Source: Haloferax volcanii DS2 (GTDB lineage: Archaea; Halobacteriota; Halobacteria; Halobacteriales; Haloferacaceae). From it: a stretch of 32,000 nucleotides of DNA. The DNA lies in assembly GCF_000025685.1 (NCBI RefSeq), contig NC_013967.1, positions 1,470,001 through 1,502,000 of the forward strand, read 5' to 3'. Position 1 is the stretch's first letter. Each line of letters starts with the position of its first letter. Under the pieces are notes generated by a model. The model did no database searches, was not told where the DNA came from, and worked only from the letters and a program-made list of their open reading frames with translations. Position numbers and translations under genes: made by a program. Shown here in pieces: positions 9,457 to 16,473 of the stretch.

Positions 9457-10329
9457 TCAGTCCGTCAGTCGCCTGAACGCGGCGCGGCCGGCGAGCACCA
9501 CCCCGCTCCCGAGAATCGCGAGGAGGCCGCCGAAGACGACGAGGTACGGGACGGCGTAGGCGACGGCGACGACGAGCGCCCGGAGGGCGACGAACGCGCC
9601 GTTGACCGACTCGGAGAACGCCTGTAAGACCGGCGTGTCGTACCACTGCGCCGGGCCGGGCGGTCGTTCGGACAGCGAGACCCGGACGGTCGAGAGGGCG
9701 ACGCGGTCTTCGAGCGACTGCTTCTGGGCTTCGAGTCGCTCGATTTCGGTCTGGACGTCCGTCAGGCGCTCTTCGACCGCGAGCACGTCCTCGGTCGTAT
9801 TGGCCGACTCGTAGAGGTCGCGCAGGCGGTCGCGCTGGGCGCGAAGATTGCTCAGTCGCGCTTCGATGTCGACCAGTTGGTCGGTCACGTCTTCGGAGTT
9901 CGTCTCGACGCGCTCGACCTCACCGAGGGCCTTCATATCGGTCATGAACGCCGAGAAGTCCTCGGAGGGGACGCGCACGACGAGTTGGCCCGAGCGGTAG
10001 GTGCCGCCGCTCCGGCGGTTGACGTACTCATTGGAGTCGCTGACGTAGCCGCCGTAGGATTCGGCGGTCGATTCGACCGCGTCGCGCGACTCGTTGAACT
10101 CGTCGACGGTCAGTTCTATCTGCCCGTTCCTGATGACTGCCCGCCGCTGGGCCTGCGGGAGGTCGTCGCCGCCCGTCTGTTCGGCCTCGGCGGAACCGGA
10201 CGCGTCGGCGGTGAGCGAGACGCTCTCCGCACCGCCGGCGCTACCGGCACCGCCGTCCGCCGCGCCGCCGGTGCACCCGGCGAGGACGACGAGGAGGGCG
10301 ACCGAGAGAAGTTTCAGTCGGTTGTCCAT
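9457..10329 (-). CDS. DUF4349-like lipoprotein with coiled-coil segment and C-terminal TM helices
   Basis: ATG at 10329 gives MDNRLKLLSVALLVVLAGC (lipobox); the track ORF starts 9 nt earlier at a GTG. Motifs GGYVSDSN...LVVRVPSEDFSAFM..., then DVTDQLVDIEARLSNLRAQRDRL. DUF4349 assignment is from memory of the family pattern. Confidence 0.75.
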   Translation of the reverse strand: MDNRLKLLSVALLVVLAGCTGGAADGGAGSAGGAESVSLTADASGSAEAEQTGGDDLPQAQRRAVIRNGQIELTVDEFNESRDAVESTAESYGGYVSDSNEYVNRRSGGTYRSGQLVVRVPSEDFSAFMTDMKALGEVERVETNSEDVTDQLVDIEARLSNLRAQRDRLRDLYESANTTEDVLAVEERLTDVQTEIERLEAQKQSLEDRVALSTVRVSLSERPPGPAQWYDTPVLQAFSESVNGAFVALRALVVAVAYAVPYLVVFGGLLAILGSGVVLAGRAAFRRLTD

Positions 10330-10451
10330 AGACGACACTCTCGACGCGGAGGATTAATCGTTGGGTAAGCACAAACGGCGACTGTTGCTATCGCGGCGCG
10401 CGGGTGGTCGCGGCCGGTCAGTCAGCCCCGGTGTCGGACCCTCGGCGTCGG

Positions 10452-11303
10452 TTACTCGGCTTCGCGAGGGAGGTTGTCGCGGTGGATGCGCATTTCGCCG
10501 CGGGCGCGCATCGTGCCGTCGACGTGCGCGCCGGCTTCGAGCACGAGGTCGTTGCAGGACACGTCGCCGAGGACGCGCGCGTCCTCGTGGATGCGAACCT
10601 CGCCGTTTCGGGTGGTCACGTCGCCGTGGATGCGCGTCCCGCTCCCGACGACGATATCGTCGCGGGCGCGGAGGCTCCCGAAGACGTTGTTGTCCTCTGC
10701 GAGGTCGATGGACTTCGCGCGGATGTTGCCGTGAATCCGGCAGTCCGAACCGACGTGCGCGGGCGTCGAAACGCGCCACGCGTCGTCGGAGACGGTGGCG
10801 TTCCGTGGAATCACGAGCGGGTCGTGCGGCGACTCGCCCGCGAGGGTCTCTGCGAGTTCGTCGGCCGCCTCGTCCTCACCGAGTCGGAGGAGTTGCGAGA
10901 GGACGATAAAGTAGAACACGAGCGTCGGAATCGGGTTGCGGATGACGATCCAGCCGTTGGCCTCGAACCCCTCTTCGATATCGACGTCGTCCCCGATATC
11001 GAGGTCGCCAGAGACCATCAGGCGGCCGGCGATGTGGACGCGCTCACCGAGGTAGGCGTCGTTGCCGACGAGGACGTTGCCGGCCACGTCGTCGAGCATG
11101 TCGAGTCGGCAGTCGGCCTCGGCCTCGATGTCGCCGCCGAAGGTGACGCGCTCGCCCGCGAGGACGTTCCGCCCGCGGACGCCGAACTCGACGGTGCTCT
11201 GCCCGCCGACGACGACGTCGCCGTCGGTGACGAGGTCGTGTTCCTCGACCGTCGTCCCGTCGGGGATTTCGAGCGCATCGAGCGGGTCCGTACCCAGTGA
11301 CAC
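10452..11303 (-). CDS. Polymer-forming cytoskeletal (bactofilin-like) protein with two beta-helical subdomains (halofilin-like architecture)
   Basis: Two runs of bactofilin-type short repeats (..VVVGGQSTVEFGVRGRNVLAGERVTFGGDIEAEAD.. and ..GSDCRIHGNIRAKSIDLAEDNNVFGSLRARDDIVVGSGTRIHGDV..). They are joined by the hydrophobic/helical linker IRNPIPTLVFYFIVLSQLLRLGEDEAADE. The track start (11348) is a TTG. GTG at 11303 (VSLGTDPLD...) sits 27 nt downstream of a minus-strand TTTATTA box. Confidence 0.8.
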   Translation of the reverse strand: MSLGTDPLDALEIPDGTTVEEHDLVTDGDVVVGGQSTVEFGVRGRNVLAGERVTFGGDIEAEADCRLDMLDDVAGNVLVGNDAYLGERVHIAGRLMVSGDLDIGDDVDIEEGFEANGWIVIRNPIPTLVFYFIVLSQLLRLGEDEAADELAETLAGESPHDPLVIPRNATVSDDAWRVSTPAHVGSDCRIHGNIRAKSIDLAEDNNVFGSLRARDDIVVGSGTRIHGDVTTRNGEVRIHEDARVLGDVSCNDLVLEAGAHVDGTMRARGEMRIHRDNLPREAE

Positions 11304-11326
11304 GCTCCGAACCAACACCCGTGCCG

Positions 11327-11333
11327 TAATAAA
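11327..11333 (-). promoter_or_regulatory. TATA-like box for the bactofilin-like gene
   Basis: Minus-strand TTTATTA, 27 nt upstream of GTG 11303. Confidence 0.4.
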
Positions 11334-11391
11334 CCGTCCGCAAGACAACCGTCAGACACGACGGGGCAGTCGGTTTCCCGGTGACGACGTG

Positions 11392-11398
11392 TATTTAA
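11392..11398 (+). promoter_or_regulatory. TATA-like box for the 11424..11627 gene
   Basis: TATTTAA centred 29 nt upstream of the ATG. Confidence 0.45.
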
Positions 11399-11423
11399 CT
11401 ACTCGCGGGAAACAACGAGAGGT

Positions 11424-11627
11424 ATGACGATTCTCTCTTTCGACGACGACGGCGTAGACGTGGTCTACGAGGGAACGGAGTTCCGCCTCGAAAAGGCCCT
11501 CATCGAGGAGGCAATCGGGAAGTCCTACCCCGACGTGACCGACCACGAGGTGCTGAAAATCGTCGAGAAGCAACCCGCGCTCTCCGGCGAACCCCGGCGC
11601 GTCCGCGACATCCTGAACTCGTCGTAA
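11424..11627 (+). CDS. Small hypothetical protein (67 aa)
   Basis: ATG ORF MTILSFDDDGVDVVYEGTEFRLEKALIEEAIGKSYPDVTDHEVLKIVEK... with TATTTAA at 11392-11398 (29 nt upstream) and a T4 tract 32 nt after the stop. Confidence 0.55.
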   Translation: MTILSFDDDGVDVVYEGTEFRLEKALIEEAIGKSYPDVTDHEVLKIVEKQPALSGEPRRVRDILNSS

Positions 11628-11658
11628 TCGCCGCCCGAAACAACGACCGAATCCCTCG

Positions 11659-11662
11659 TTTT
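11659..11662 (+). terminator. Oligo-T tract after the 11424..11627 gene
   Basis: CTCGTTTTCCCC, with the T4 run 32 nt after the stop. Confidence 0.3.
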
Positions 11663-11748
11663 CCCCGCGTATCGCCCTCGAAGAACGCGCGCTCGCCGCG
11701 CGACCGACTCCCTCAGACTCTTCAGAACCCGCAGCCCCGGCCGCCCGG

Positions 11749-12207
11749 TCAGGCCCCGTGTATCTCCGTCTCCGGGTTGAAGTCGGCCCACGCGAACCAG
11801 AACATCGGCGAGCGGTCGTTCGCGCGCGTCAGGACCGCGCCCTCGTGGGGGCCGTCGAGCGCGCGGCCGGTGAGGAGGTCCCACCGCGAGCCGGCGGCGA
11901 CGAGCGCCGACCCGTCGAACCCGGTCCAGTCGTCTGCGAAGACGGGGGCGGTGATAGCCGGAATGGCGTCTATCGGCGCGCCTCGACGCAGTTCGTCTTC
12001 GGGGACCGGAAGCTCGAACGGTCCCGAGTAGTCGCCCGCGGCGGCGTCGGTCGAGTCGGCGGGGGCGGCGGACTCGGCGGACTCGGGCGCGTCGTCGGCT
12101 CTCGCGGCATCGTCGTCCGCGACGGGTGGCTCGCTCCCGAGACAGCCGGCGATGGCAGCGCCGACGCCGAGCGCGAGGAAGCGACGGCGGTTCGTGGTCG
12201 AAGCCAT
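11749..12207 (-). CDS. Short DUF3179-like Tat lipoprotein (152 aa)
   Basis: ATG at 12207 inside the 436-aa track ORF. MASTTNRRRFLALGVGAAIAGC gives Tat plus lipobox. PIDAIPAITAPVF and MFWFAWADFNPETEIHG resemble the N- and C-terminal DUF3179 motifs (from memory). Confidence 0.6.
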   Translation of the reverse strand: MASTTNRRRFLALGVGAAIAGCLGSEPPVADDDAARADDAPESAESAAPADSTDAAAGDYSGPFELPVPEDELRRGAPIDAIPAITAPVFADDWTGFDGSALVAAGSRWDLLTGRALDGPHEGAVLTRANDRSPMFWFAWADFNPETEIHGA

Positions 12208-12326
12208 GCCGGATATTCGGCCGAGCCACGTATGAGCGATGTGCGGTATGGTATCGAAACGCACGGCCGTCGGGAGCCACGTCGGTTCGGAGTCAGAACG
12301 GCGGAGAAACCGAACGAACCGCCCGT

Positions 12327-13013
12327 TCAGAGTCGGAGCCGTTCTTCCAGGCAGACTTTGACGATGGATTTCCCGATGGCCGCGCCGCCGGCGAAGGGGT
12401 CGAGTTTCGTCTCGCCGGCGCGCTCGCGGTAGGGGATGGGAACCTCGGCGATGTTGTAGCCGCGCATCGCGGGGCGGATGAGGAGTTCGGCCGACAGTCC
12501 GGTGTTCTCCGTCCACTCGATGTCGTGGAGGAGTTCGCGGCGGTACGCCCGCATGCCGGTGGTCGTGTCGTGGACAGTCGCGCCCATGAGGAAGCTGGCG
12601 AGGCGGGCGAACGCGATGTTCCCCGCGCGGTTGAGTCGGGGCATCGTCTCCGCGCCCTTCGTGATTCGGTCGCCGGAGACCACGTCGTAGCCGTCGTTGA
12701 TGAGGTCGAGGAACTTCGGCAGATACTCCATCGGATAAGTGTCGTCGCAGTCCGTGGTGACGACGACCGGGCGGTCGGGCGCGAGCACCGCGGCCTCGAC
12801 CGCGACGCCGTACCCCTGCGGCTCCTGTTCGATGACGCGCGCACCCATCTTCCGGGCGATTTCGGGCGTCCGGTCGTCCGACCCGTCCACGCAGACGACT
12901 TCGGCGCGCCCGTCGGTAATCCGGTCGATGTCGGCCAACACGGACCCGATGGCCTGCTCTTCGTTGTACGTCCCCATCACGACCGCGAGGTCGTCGAAGG
13001 TGTACTCGGTCAT
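12327..13013 (-). CDS. Glycosyltransferase family 2 (dolichyl-phosphate sugar synthase-like)
   Basis: 228 aa. Motifs: VVMGTYNEEQAIG...VVCVDGSDDRTPEIA...TTDCDDTYP...TTGMRAYRRELL, the GT-A fold DxD-type pattern. Confidence 0.85.
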   Translation of the reverse strand: MTEYTFDDLAVVMGTYNEEQAIGSVLADIDRITDGRAEVVCVDGSDDRTPEIARKMGARVIEQEPQGYGVAVEAAVLAPDRPVVVTTDCDDTYPMEYLPKFLDLINDGYDVVSGDRITKGAETMPRLNRAGNIAFARLASFLMGATVHDTTTGMRAYRRELLHDIEWTENTGLSAELLIRPAMRGYNIAEVPIPYRERAGETKLDPFAGGAAIGKSIVKVCLEERLRL

Positions 13014-13088
13014 TGGACGGGGTTATTGACGGCCGCTCTTGAACTTTTAGGTTTACCAAAACCGAGGAGAGGGACGCGAGCGCCGGAG

Positions 13089-13442
13089 TTAGCTCAGTCC
13101 GCGGCTGTCGGGTTGGTCTTCCAGCTCTTTGGCGTGGTCGACGAGGTAGTCCATGAGGCGGGTCGCCGACGCCTCCACGTCGTCGAGTTCGTCGCTGGAC
13201 TGCCCGCTGACGCGGACAGAGAGTTCGTAGAGGTCGAGTTCGACGTGCGGGACGGTCTCGTCGCCGTTGCCGTTACCGTTGTCGCGCTCGTCGGTGCCGC
13301 CGTCCGCCGCTTCGACGGTCGCGTCGGCGTCGACTGGCTCGTCGCCGTCGGTCGCCTCGGTTGCCTCGGTCGCGTCGTCGGACGACGGGGTCGAATCGGC
13401 GGAGTCGTCCGCCTCGGGGTCGGCGTCGGGGTCGTCGGTCAT
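13089..13442 (-). CDS. Acidic hypothetical protein (117 aa)
   Basis: ATG at 13442 (MTDDPDADPEADD...); the track ORF starts upstream at 13490. Low-complexity D/E/T N-terminal half, then a structured tail: VELDLYELSVRVSGQSSDELDDVEASATRLMDYLVDHAKELE. Confidence 0.5.
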   Translation of the reverse strand: MTDDPDADPEADDSADSTPSSDDATEATEATDGDEPVDADATVEAADGGTDERDNGNGNGDETVPHVELDLYELSVRVSGQSSDELDDVEASATRLMDYLVDHAKELEDQPDSRGLS

Positions 13443-13544
13443 GTGCGGCGCGTCGCTTCGGGGGATGAAAAAAGCGCGGGGTTCCGGCACGCCCGCACGA
13501 GTCGGCGGCGCTCGCGCGGGCGCGGGGTCAACTTCTCGCTCGAC

Positions 13545-14300
13545 TCAGGCGAGGTCGGCGTCGAGACCCTCGCAGGCGCGGTCGTGGAGTCTGCCGGTGA
13601 CCGTCTCCATGAGGCGTTCGAGGTTGACCGCGTCCTCGCGGTTGTAGGAGACGAGCGTGTCGAGCGCCGACTGGTCGCCGCGCTCGTATTCCCGCCAGAG
13701 GCGGACGGCGTCGCGCCCGGAGATGTCGGGGCGGTCGCGGTCGATGCCCACGTCTTTCTCGATTTCCTTCAGTCCGCCAGTGAGGTCGAGCGTGCGGCAG
13801 GGATACATGAGGTCGACGTGCGGCACGTCGATGGAGACGTCGAACGAGGTTTCGAGGAAGGGCACGTCGAAGCGCGCGCCGTTGAACGTCGCGATGAGTT
13901 TCGCGTCGACGAACTGCTCGCGGAGGGCGTCGGCGGTCAGGTCCTCGCCGCTGACGAGCGTCGTGGTCTCACCGTCCTGATAGAACGAGACGGTCGTCAC
14001 CGAGTCGCGCTCGGGCGAGAGGCCGGTCGTCTCGATGTCGAAAAAGCACGTCTCGTCGCGGAAGTTCTCGTAGAGTCGCCAGCGTTCGCCCGCGGGGAAG
14101 CAGTCATCGAAGAACCGCGAGTTACCGTCGTCGAGGTGGGCGGCGGCGTCGGCGATGAACGTCTCGATTCGGTCGCCCGTCTTCGCGCCGACGAGCGAGG
14201 CGTCGAACTCGTCCCAGTGGGTCGCCCCGGCCCGCCAGAGGTTCCGCTCCGTCCGCTCGCCCACGCCGCGGACGGGGATGAAGCTGTTCTCGATTCGCAT
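13545..14300 (-). CDS. RNase H-fold 3'-5' exonuclease-like protein (YprB/COG3359-like)
   Basis: ATG at 14300 (MRIENSFIPVRGVGERTERNLW...). Exo motifs CFFDIETTGL, ATFNGARFDVPFL and SYNREDAVNL. TATA-like CATTTAGG (minus, 14325-14332) lies 28 nt upstream. Confidence 0.75.
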   Translation of the reverse strand: MRIENSFIPVRGVGERTERNLWRAGATHWDEFDASLVGAKTGDRIETFIADAAAHLDDGNSRFFDDCFPAGERWRLYENFRDETCFFDIETTGLSPERDSVTTVSFYQDGETTTLVSGEDLTADALREQFVDAKLIATFNGARFDVPFLETSFDVSIDVPHVDLMYPCRTLDLTGGLKEIEKDVGIDRDRPDISGRDAVRLWREYERGDQSALDTLVSYNREDAVNLERLMETVTGRLHDRACEGLDADLA

Positions 14301-14422
14301 GTCCGACAGGGGGGCGTCGGCAACCCTAAATGCGTCGTCGTGGGCCGGCGGCCGCACTCCCGGCGTGCTCCCGCACTTCCCCCGCCGCGGGCGTTTTACC
14401 CGCAGAGCGCGAAGCCGGAGAT

Positions 14423-15127
14423 ATGTGCGGCCGCTACACGCTGTTTACCCCACCCGAGGAACTCGAAACGCGGTTCGACGCGACGCCGACGCGCCCGCTT
14501 TCGGCGCGGTACAACTGCGCGCCCGGTCAGGAACTCCCGGTCGTGACCAACGACGCGCCCGAGGAGTTCCGCTTTCTGAAGTGGGGGCTCGTCCCCTCGT
14601 GGGCCGACAGCGCAAGTGTCGGCAACAACCGAATCAACGCCCGCGCGGAGACCGTCCGCGAGAAGCGGAGTTTCGCCGACGCCTACGAGGCCCGCCGGTG
14701 CCTCGTTCCCTCGAACGGCTTCTACGAGTGGGTCGACCGCGGCGGACGCAAACAGCCCTATCGCGTCGCCTTCGAGGACGACCGACCGTTCGCCATGGCC
14801 GGCCTCTGGGAGCGGTGGACGGCCTCCACGAAACAGACCGGCCTCGGCGACTTCGGGAGCGGCGGCCCCTCGCGCGAGCAGGAACCGCTTGAGACGTTCA
14901 CCGTCGTCACGACCGAACCGAACGACCTCGTCTCGGAGCTCCACCACCGGATGGCGGTCGTCCTCGCGCCCGAAGACGAGCAGACGTGGCTCCACGGCGA
15001 CCCCGACGAGGCGGCCGCGCTCCTCGACACCTACCCCGACGACGAACTCACGGCGTACCCCGTCTCGACGCGGGTGAACAGCCCCGCCAACGACGGCCCC
15101 GACCTGATAGAGCGAGTCGAAGCGTAG
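14423..15127 (+). CDS. SOS response-associated peptidase (SRAP/YedK/HMCES family)
   Basis: Starts MCGRYTLF (catalytic Cys2). Also NARAETV, RCLVPSNGFYEW and HHRMAVVL. The ATG at 14423 is internal to track ORF 14330..15127. TTTTAC box at 14393-14400, 27 nt upstream. Confidence 0.9.
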   Translation: MCGRYTLFTPPEELETRFDATPTRPLSARYNCAPGQELPVVTNDAPEEFRFLKWGLVPSWADSASVGNNRINARAETVREKRSFADAYEARRCLVPSNGFYEWVDRGGRKQPYRVAFEDDRPFAMAGLWERWTASTKQTGLGDFGSGGPSREQEPLETFTVVTTEPNDLVSELHHRMAVVLAPEDEQTWLHGDPDEAAALLDTYPDDELTAYPVSTRVNSPANDGPDLIERVEA

Positions 15128-15182
15128 CGCCGGGTGAAGTCGTTGGCATCCGGTCGTCTCAGTGACTTCGACGCGAACCGGC

Positions 15183-15226
15183 CGGGTTCGACGGGACCTC
15201 GAATTTCCCGAGCTCGGTCGAACCCG
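15183..15226. repeat. Perfect 10-bp inverted repeat (CGGGTTCGAC / GTCGAACCCG) with 24-nt spacer containing a nested 4-bp stem
   Basis: Read directly: 15183-15192 and 15217-15226 are reverse complements. Inner CTCG/CGAG at 15198-15201 and 15209-15212. About 56 nt after the SRAP stop. Confidence 0.8.
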
Positions 15227-16344
15227 AGAACCAGAATTGTGTATAGCGAAATAGAATATACGAGTCTCGAATCGGACAAACCGCCAGCGACCGAAGCGTT
15301 CAGAGAATCGGGGATTGAGTCGCGCTAACGAGGAAAATCGGAGTTCCAAGGGACGATAGTGCTTGGGTCGTCAACGCCGCAAGTGACAGCCACGTCGCGC
15401 TCGCGGCTCGGGTGGTTCGTATCGCAGTCGGAAGTACAGCGGTTGCGGGGACGCGGCCGCGAGTCCGGTCGTGCAGACGGAGTGCGGCGTCGCATTCGAA
15501 ATTCGAGACGGTCCGCCCGAGCGAGCCACCAGCCGAGAGATGGTTCTCGAACGGGTCGTCACCGCCGAGCGAGTGAGTCGTCGGCATCCGGCCGTGAGCG
15601 AGACCCGAACCCTCGGATTCACGCAATCCCGTCAGGACGGCCACAGCGCGCTTGAGCGCCGCTCCATCTGAGCGGGGGCCACGCCCCGAGTGACGGTTCT
15701 CACCGCGAAGACGAGGGCTGTGAAGGCGTCAACAGAGGCCGAATCGAGCCGCCAAAGACCTCAGTTGGTTCGTCTTCGGGTGGGTTCGGAACGGAGTCAC
15801 CCGGGTGGTTGCGTGTTCGAATCAGACAACATTCATCAGAGTTCTTCGAGACGACGCCCCACATAATAACAGACAGAGCCGATTCGAAACGAAGCACCGT
15901 CCGACGGCATATATTCAGAGACAAATGGCTGATATAATCAGTGAAAATACCGAGTTAATTTAGGTTGAAATATAGCCGTTCGAGAGAACACGGATGGTGC
16001 GTCGCTCCGCAAATATATTTCTGTGAAAATAGACAGAAAATATATGGGTAAGTATTCACTCTATGACGGGAGAAATAAAGTGGAGACAAAATCACCGCCA
16101 TCGAGTTTTTATAATAATTCAGTAACATCGGTTGTGAAATAACTAAACCCGTGTAAGTGGGTTCTCTATGCGTTACTCCGGGAGTAATTGGTTGGAGAAG
16201 TACCATCCAAAAATCGGGTGCCATCACAGAAAAGAGACGGTACTGCGTGATATTCGACCTCTCGAAAGCAACTGAATGTTGGCCGAGTCTCAGATTCGCT
16301 CGAAACGGCCAAAATCGGCGCTCTCCGGGAGAATCTAATATCCA

Positions 16345-16386
16345 GAATACTGCATGCAAATTGCCGAAAATACGATTGCAGTATTC
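16345..16386. repeat. Perfect 10-bp inverted repeat GAATACTGCA / TGCAGTATTC, 22-nt spacer
   Basis: 16345-16354 and 16377-16386 are exact reverse complements. Two further pairs follow after one mismatch (CC..GG at 16342-16343 and 16388-16389). Confidence 0.8.
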
Positions 16387-16437
16387 GGGATAACACAGAC
16401 TCGCCGCCGAAAATCCGCATGCACTGCTCAGGATAAC
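16363..16437 (+). repeat. Two 32-nt direct repeats at 43-nt period (GCCGAAAAT..GGATAAC), with a weaker third copy at about 16308
   Basis: 16363-16394 is GCCGAAAATACGATTGCAGTATTCGGGATAAC and 16406-16437 is GCCGAAAATCCGCATGCACTGCTCAGGATAAC. They match at 25/32 positions by hand alignment. GCCAAAATCGGCGCTCTCCGGGAGAAT at 16308 is a looser match. Confidence 0.7.
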
Positions 16438-16466
16438 TTCTCTTATTCTGGACTGTGCCGGTAGAT

Positions 16467-16473
16467 TGAATAT
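16467..16473 (+). promoter_or_regulatory. TATA-like box for the RHH-integrase operon
   Basis: TGAATAT centred 26 nt upstream of ATG 16496. It lies inside the right inverted-repeat arm. Confidence 0.4.

Noticed and set aside
12126-14546. 806-aa plus-strand ORF covering 2.4 kb
   Set aside because: It is antisense to four well-supported minus-strand genes (GT2, acidic protein, exonuclease-like, and part of the DUF3179-like gene). Its composition is Arg/Gly/Val-rich and non-acidic. Shadow ORF.
15330-15750. Possible RNase P RNA: GAGGAAAATCGG (15331) resembles CR-I GAGGAAAGUCC, and ACAGAGGCCGAAUCG (15732) resembles CR-V, about 400 nt apart
   Set aside because: The two segments cannot form a proper P4 helix (AAAUCGG versus CCGAAUC leaves A:A clashes). 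The near-universal GGUAA element of CR-II is absent on either strand. The CR-I match is imperfect at conserved positions.
15775-15835. tRNA or tRNA-fragment (att) signal: GTTCGAATC T-loop-like string at 15815, AGTTGGTT D-loop-like string at 15764, GGTCGAACC at 15216
   Set aside because: Flanking bases do not form T-stems (GCGTG/CAGAC pairs at only 3 of 5). There is no acceptor, D or anticodon arm arrangement on either strand. Formal tRNAscan-SE would still be worth running.
15815-15840. C/D-box sRNA on the minus strand (CTGATGA ... CTGA)
   Set aside because: The C-box first base is wrong (C rather than R). The C to D spacing is only 7 nt, not about 12. There are no C'/D' boxes and no terminal stem.
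15925-15945. dif-like site: CTGATATAATCAG near-palindrome containing GATATAA, reminiscent of my vague memory of archaeal dif arms
   Set aside because: Only 5-bp arms pair. No second 11-bp arm lies at the expected 6-bp spacing. My recollection of the dif consensus is too uncertain to lean on.
16025-16058. Possible att-type direct repeat shared by the two AT-rich patches (GAAAATAGA...ATATG.GGT..AAG at 16025 and 24314)
   Set aside because: Only 9 nt are exact. The rest needs several gaps, giving about 26 matches over about 45 columns. This is expected by chance between two AT-rich stretches.
16157-16393. 78-aa plus-strand ORF (GTG start) inside the AT-rich island
   Set aside because: It is basic, Cys/Arg/Lys-rich, with no motif and no promoter-like box at the right distance. 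It overlaps the repeat and hairpin region, which is more simply read as regulatory DNA.
16363-16437. CRISPR-like array
   Set aside because: There are only two good repeat copies (25/32 identity) plus one weak copy. The spacers are 11 nt and about 25 nt, and there are no cas genes. This is not a CRISPR array.
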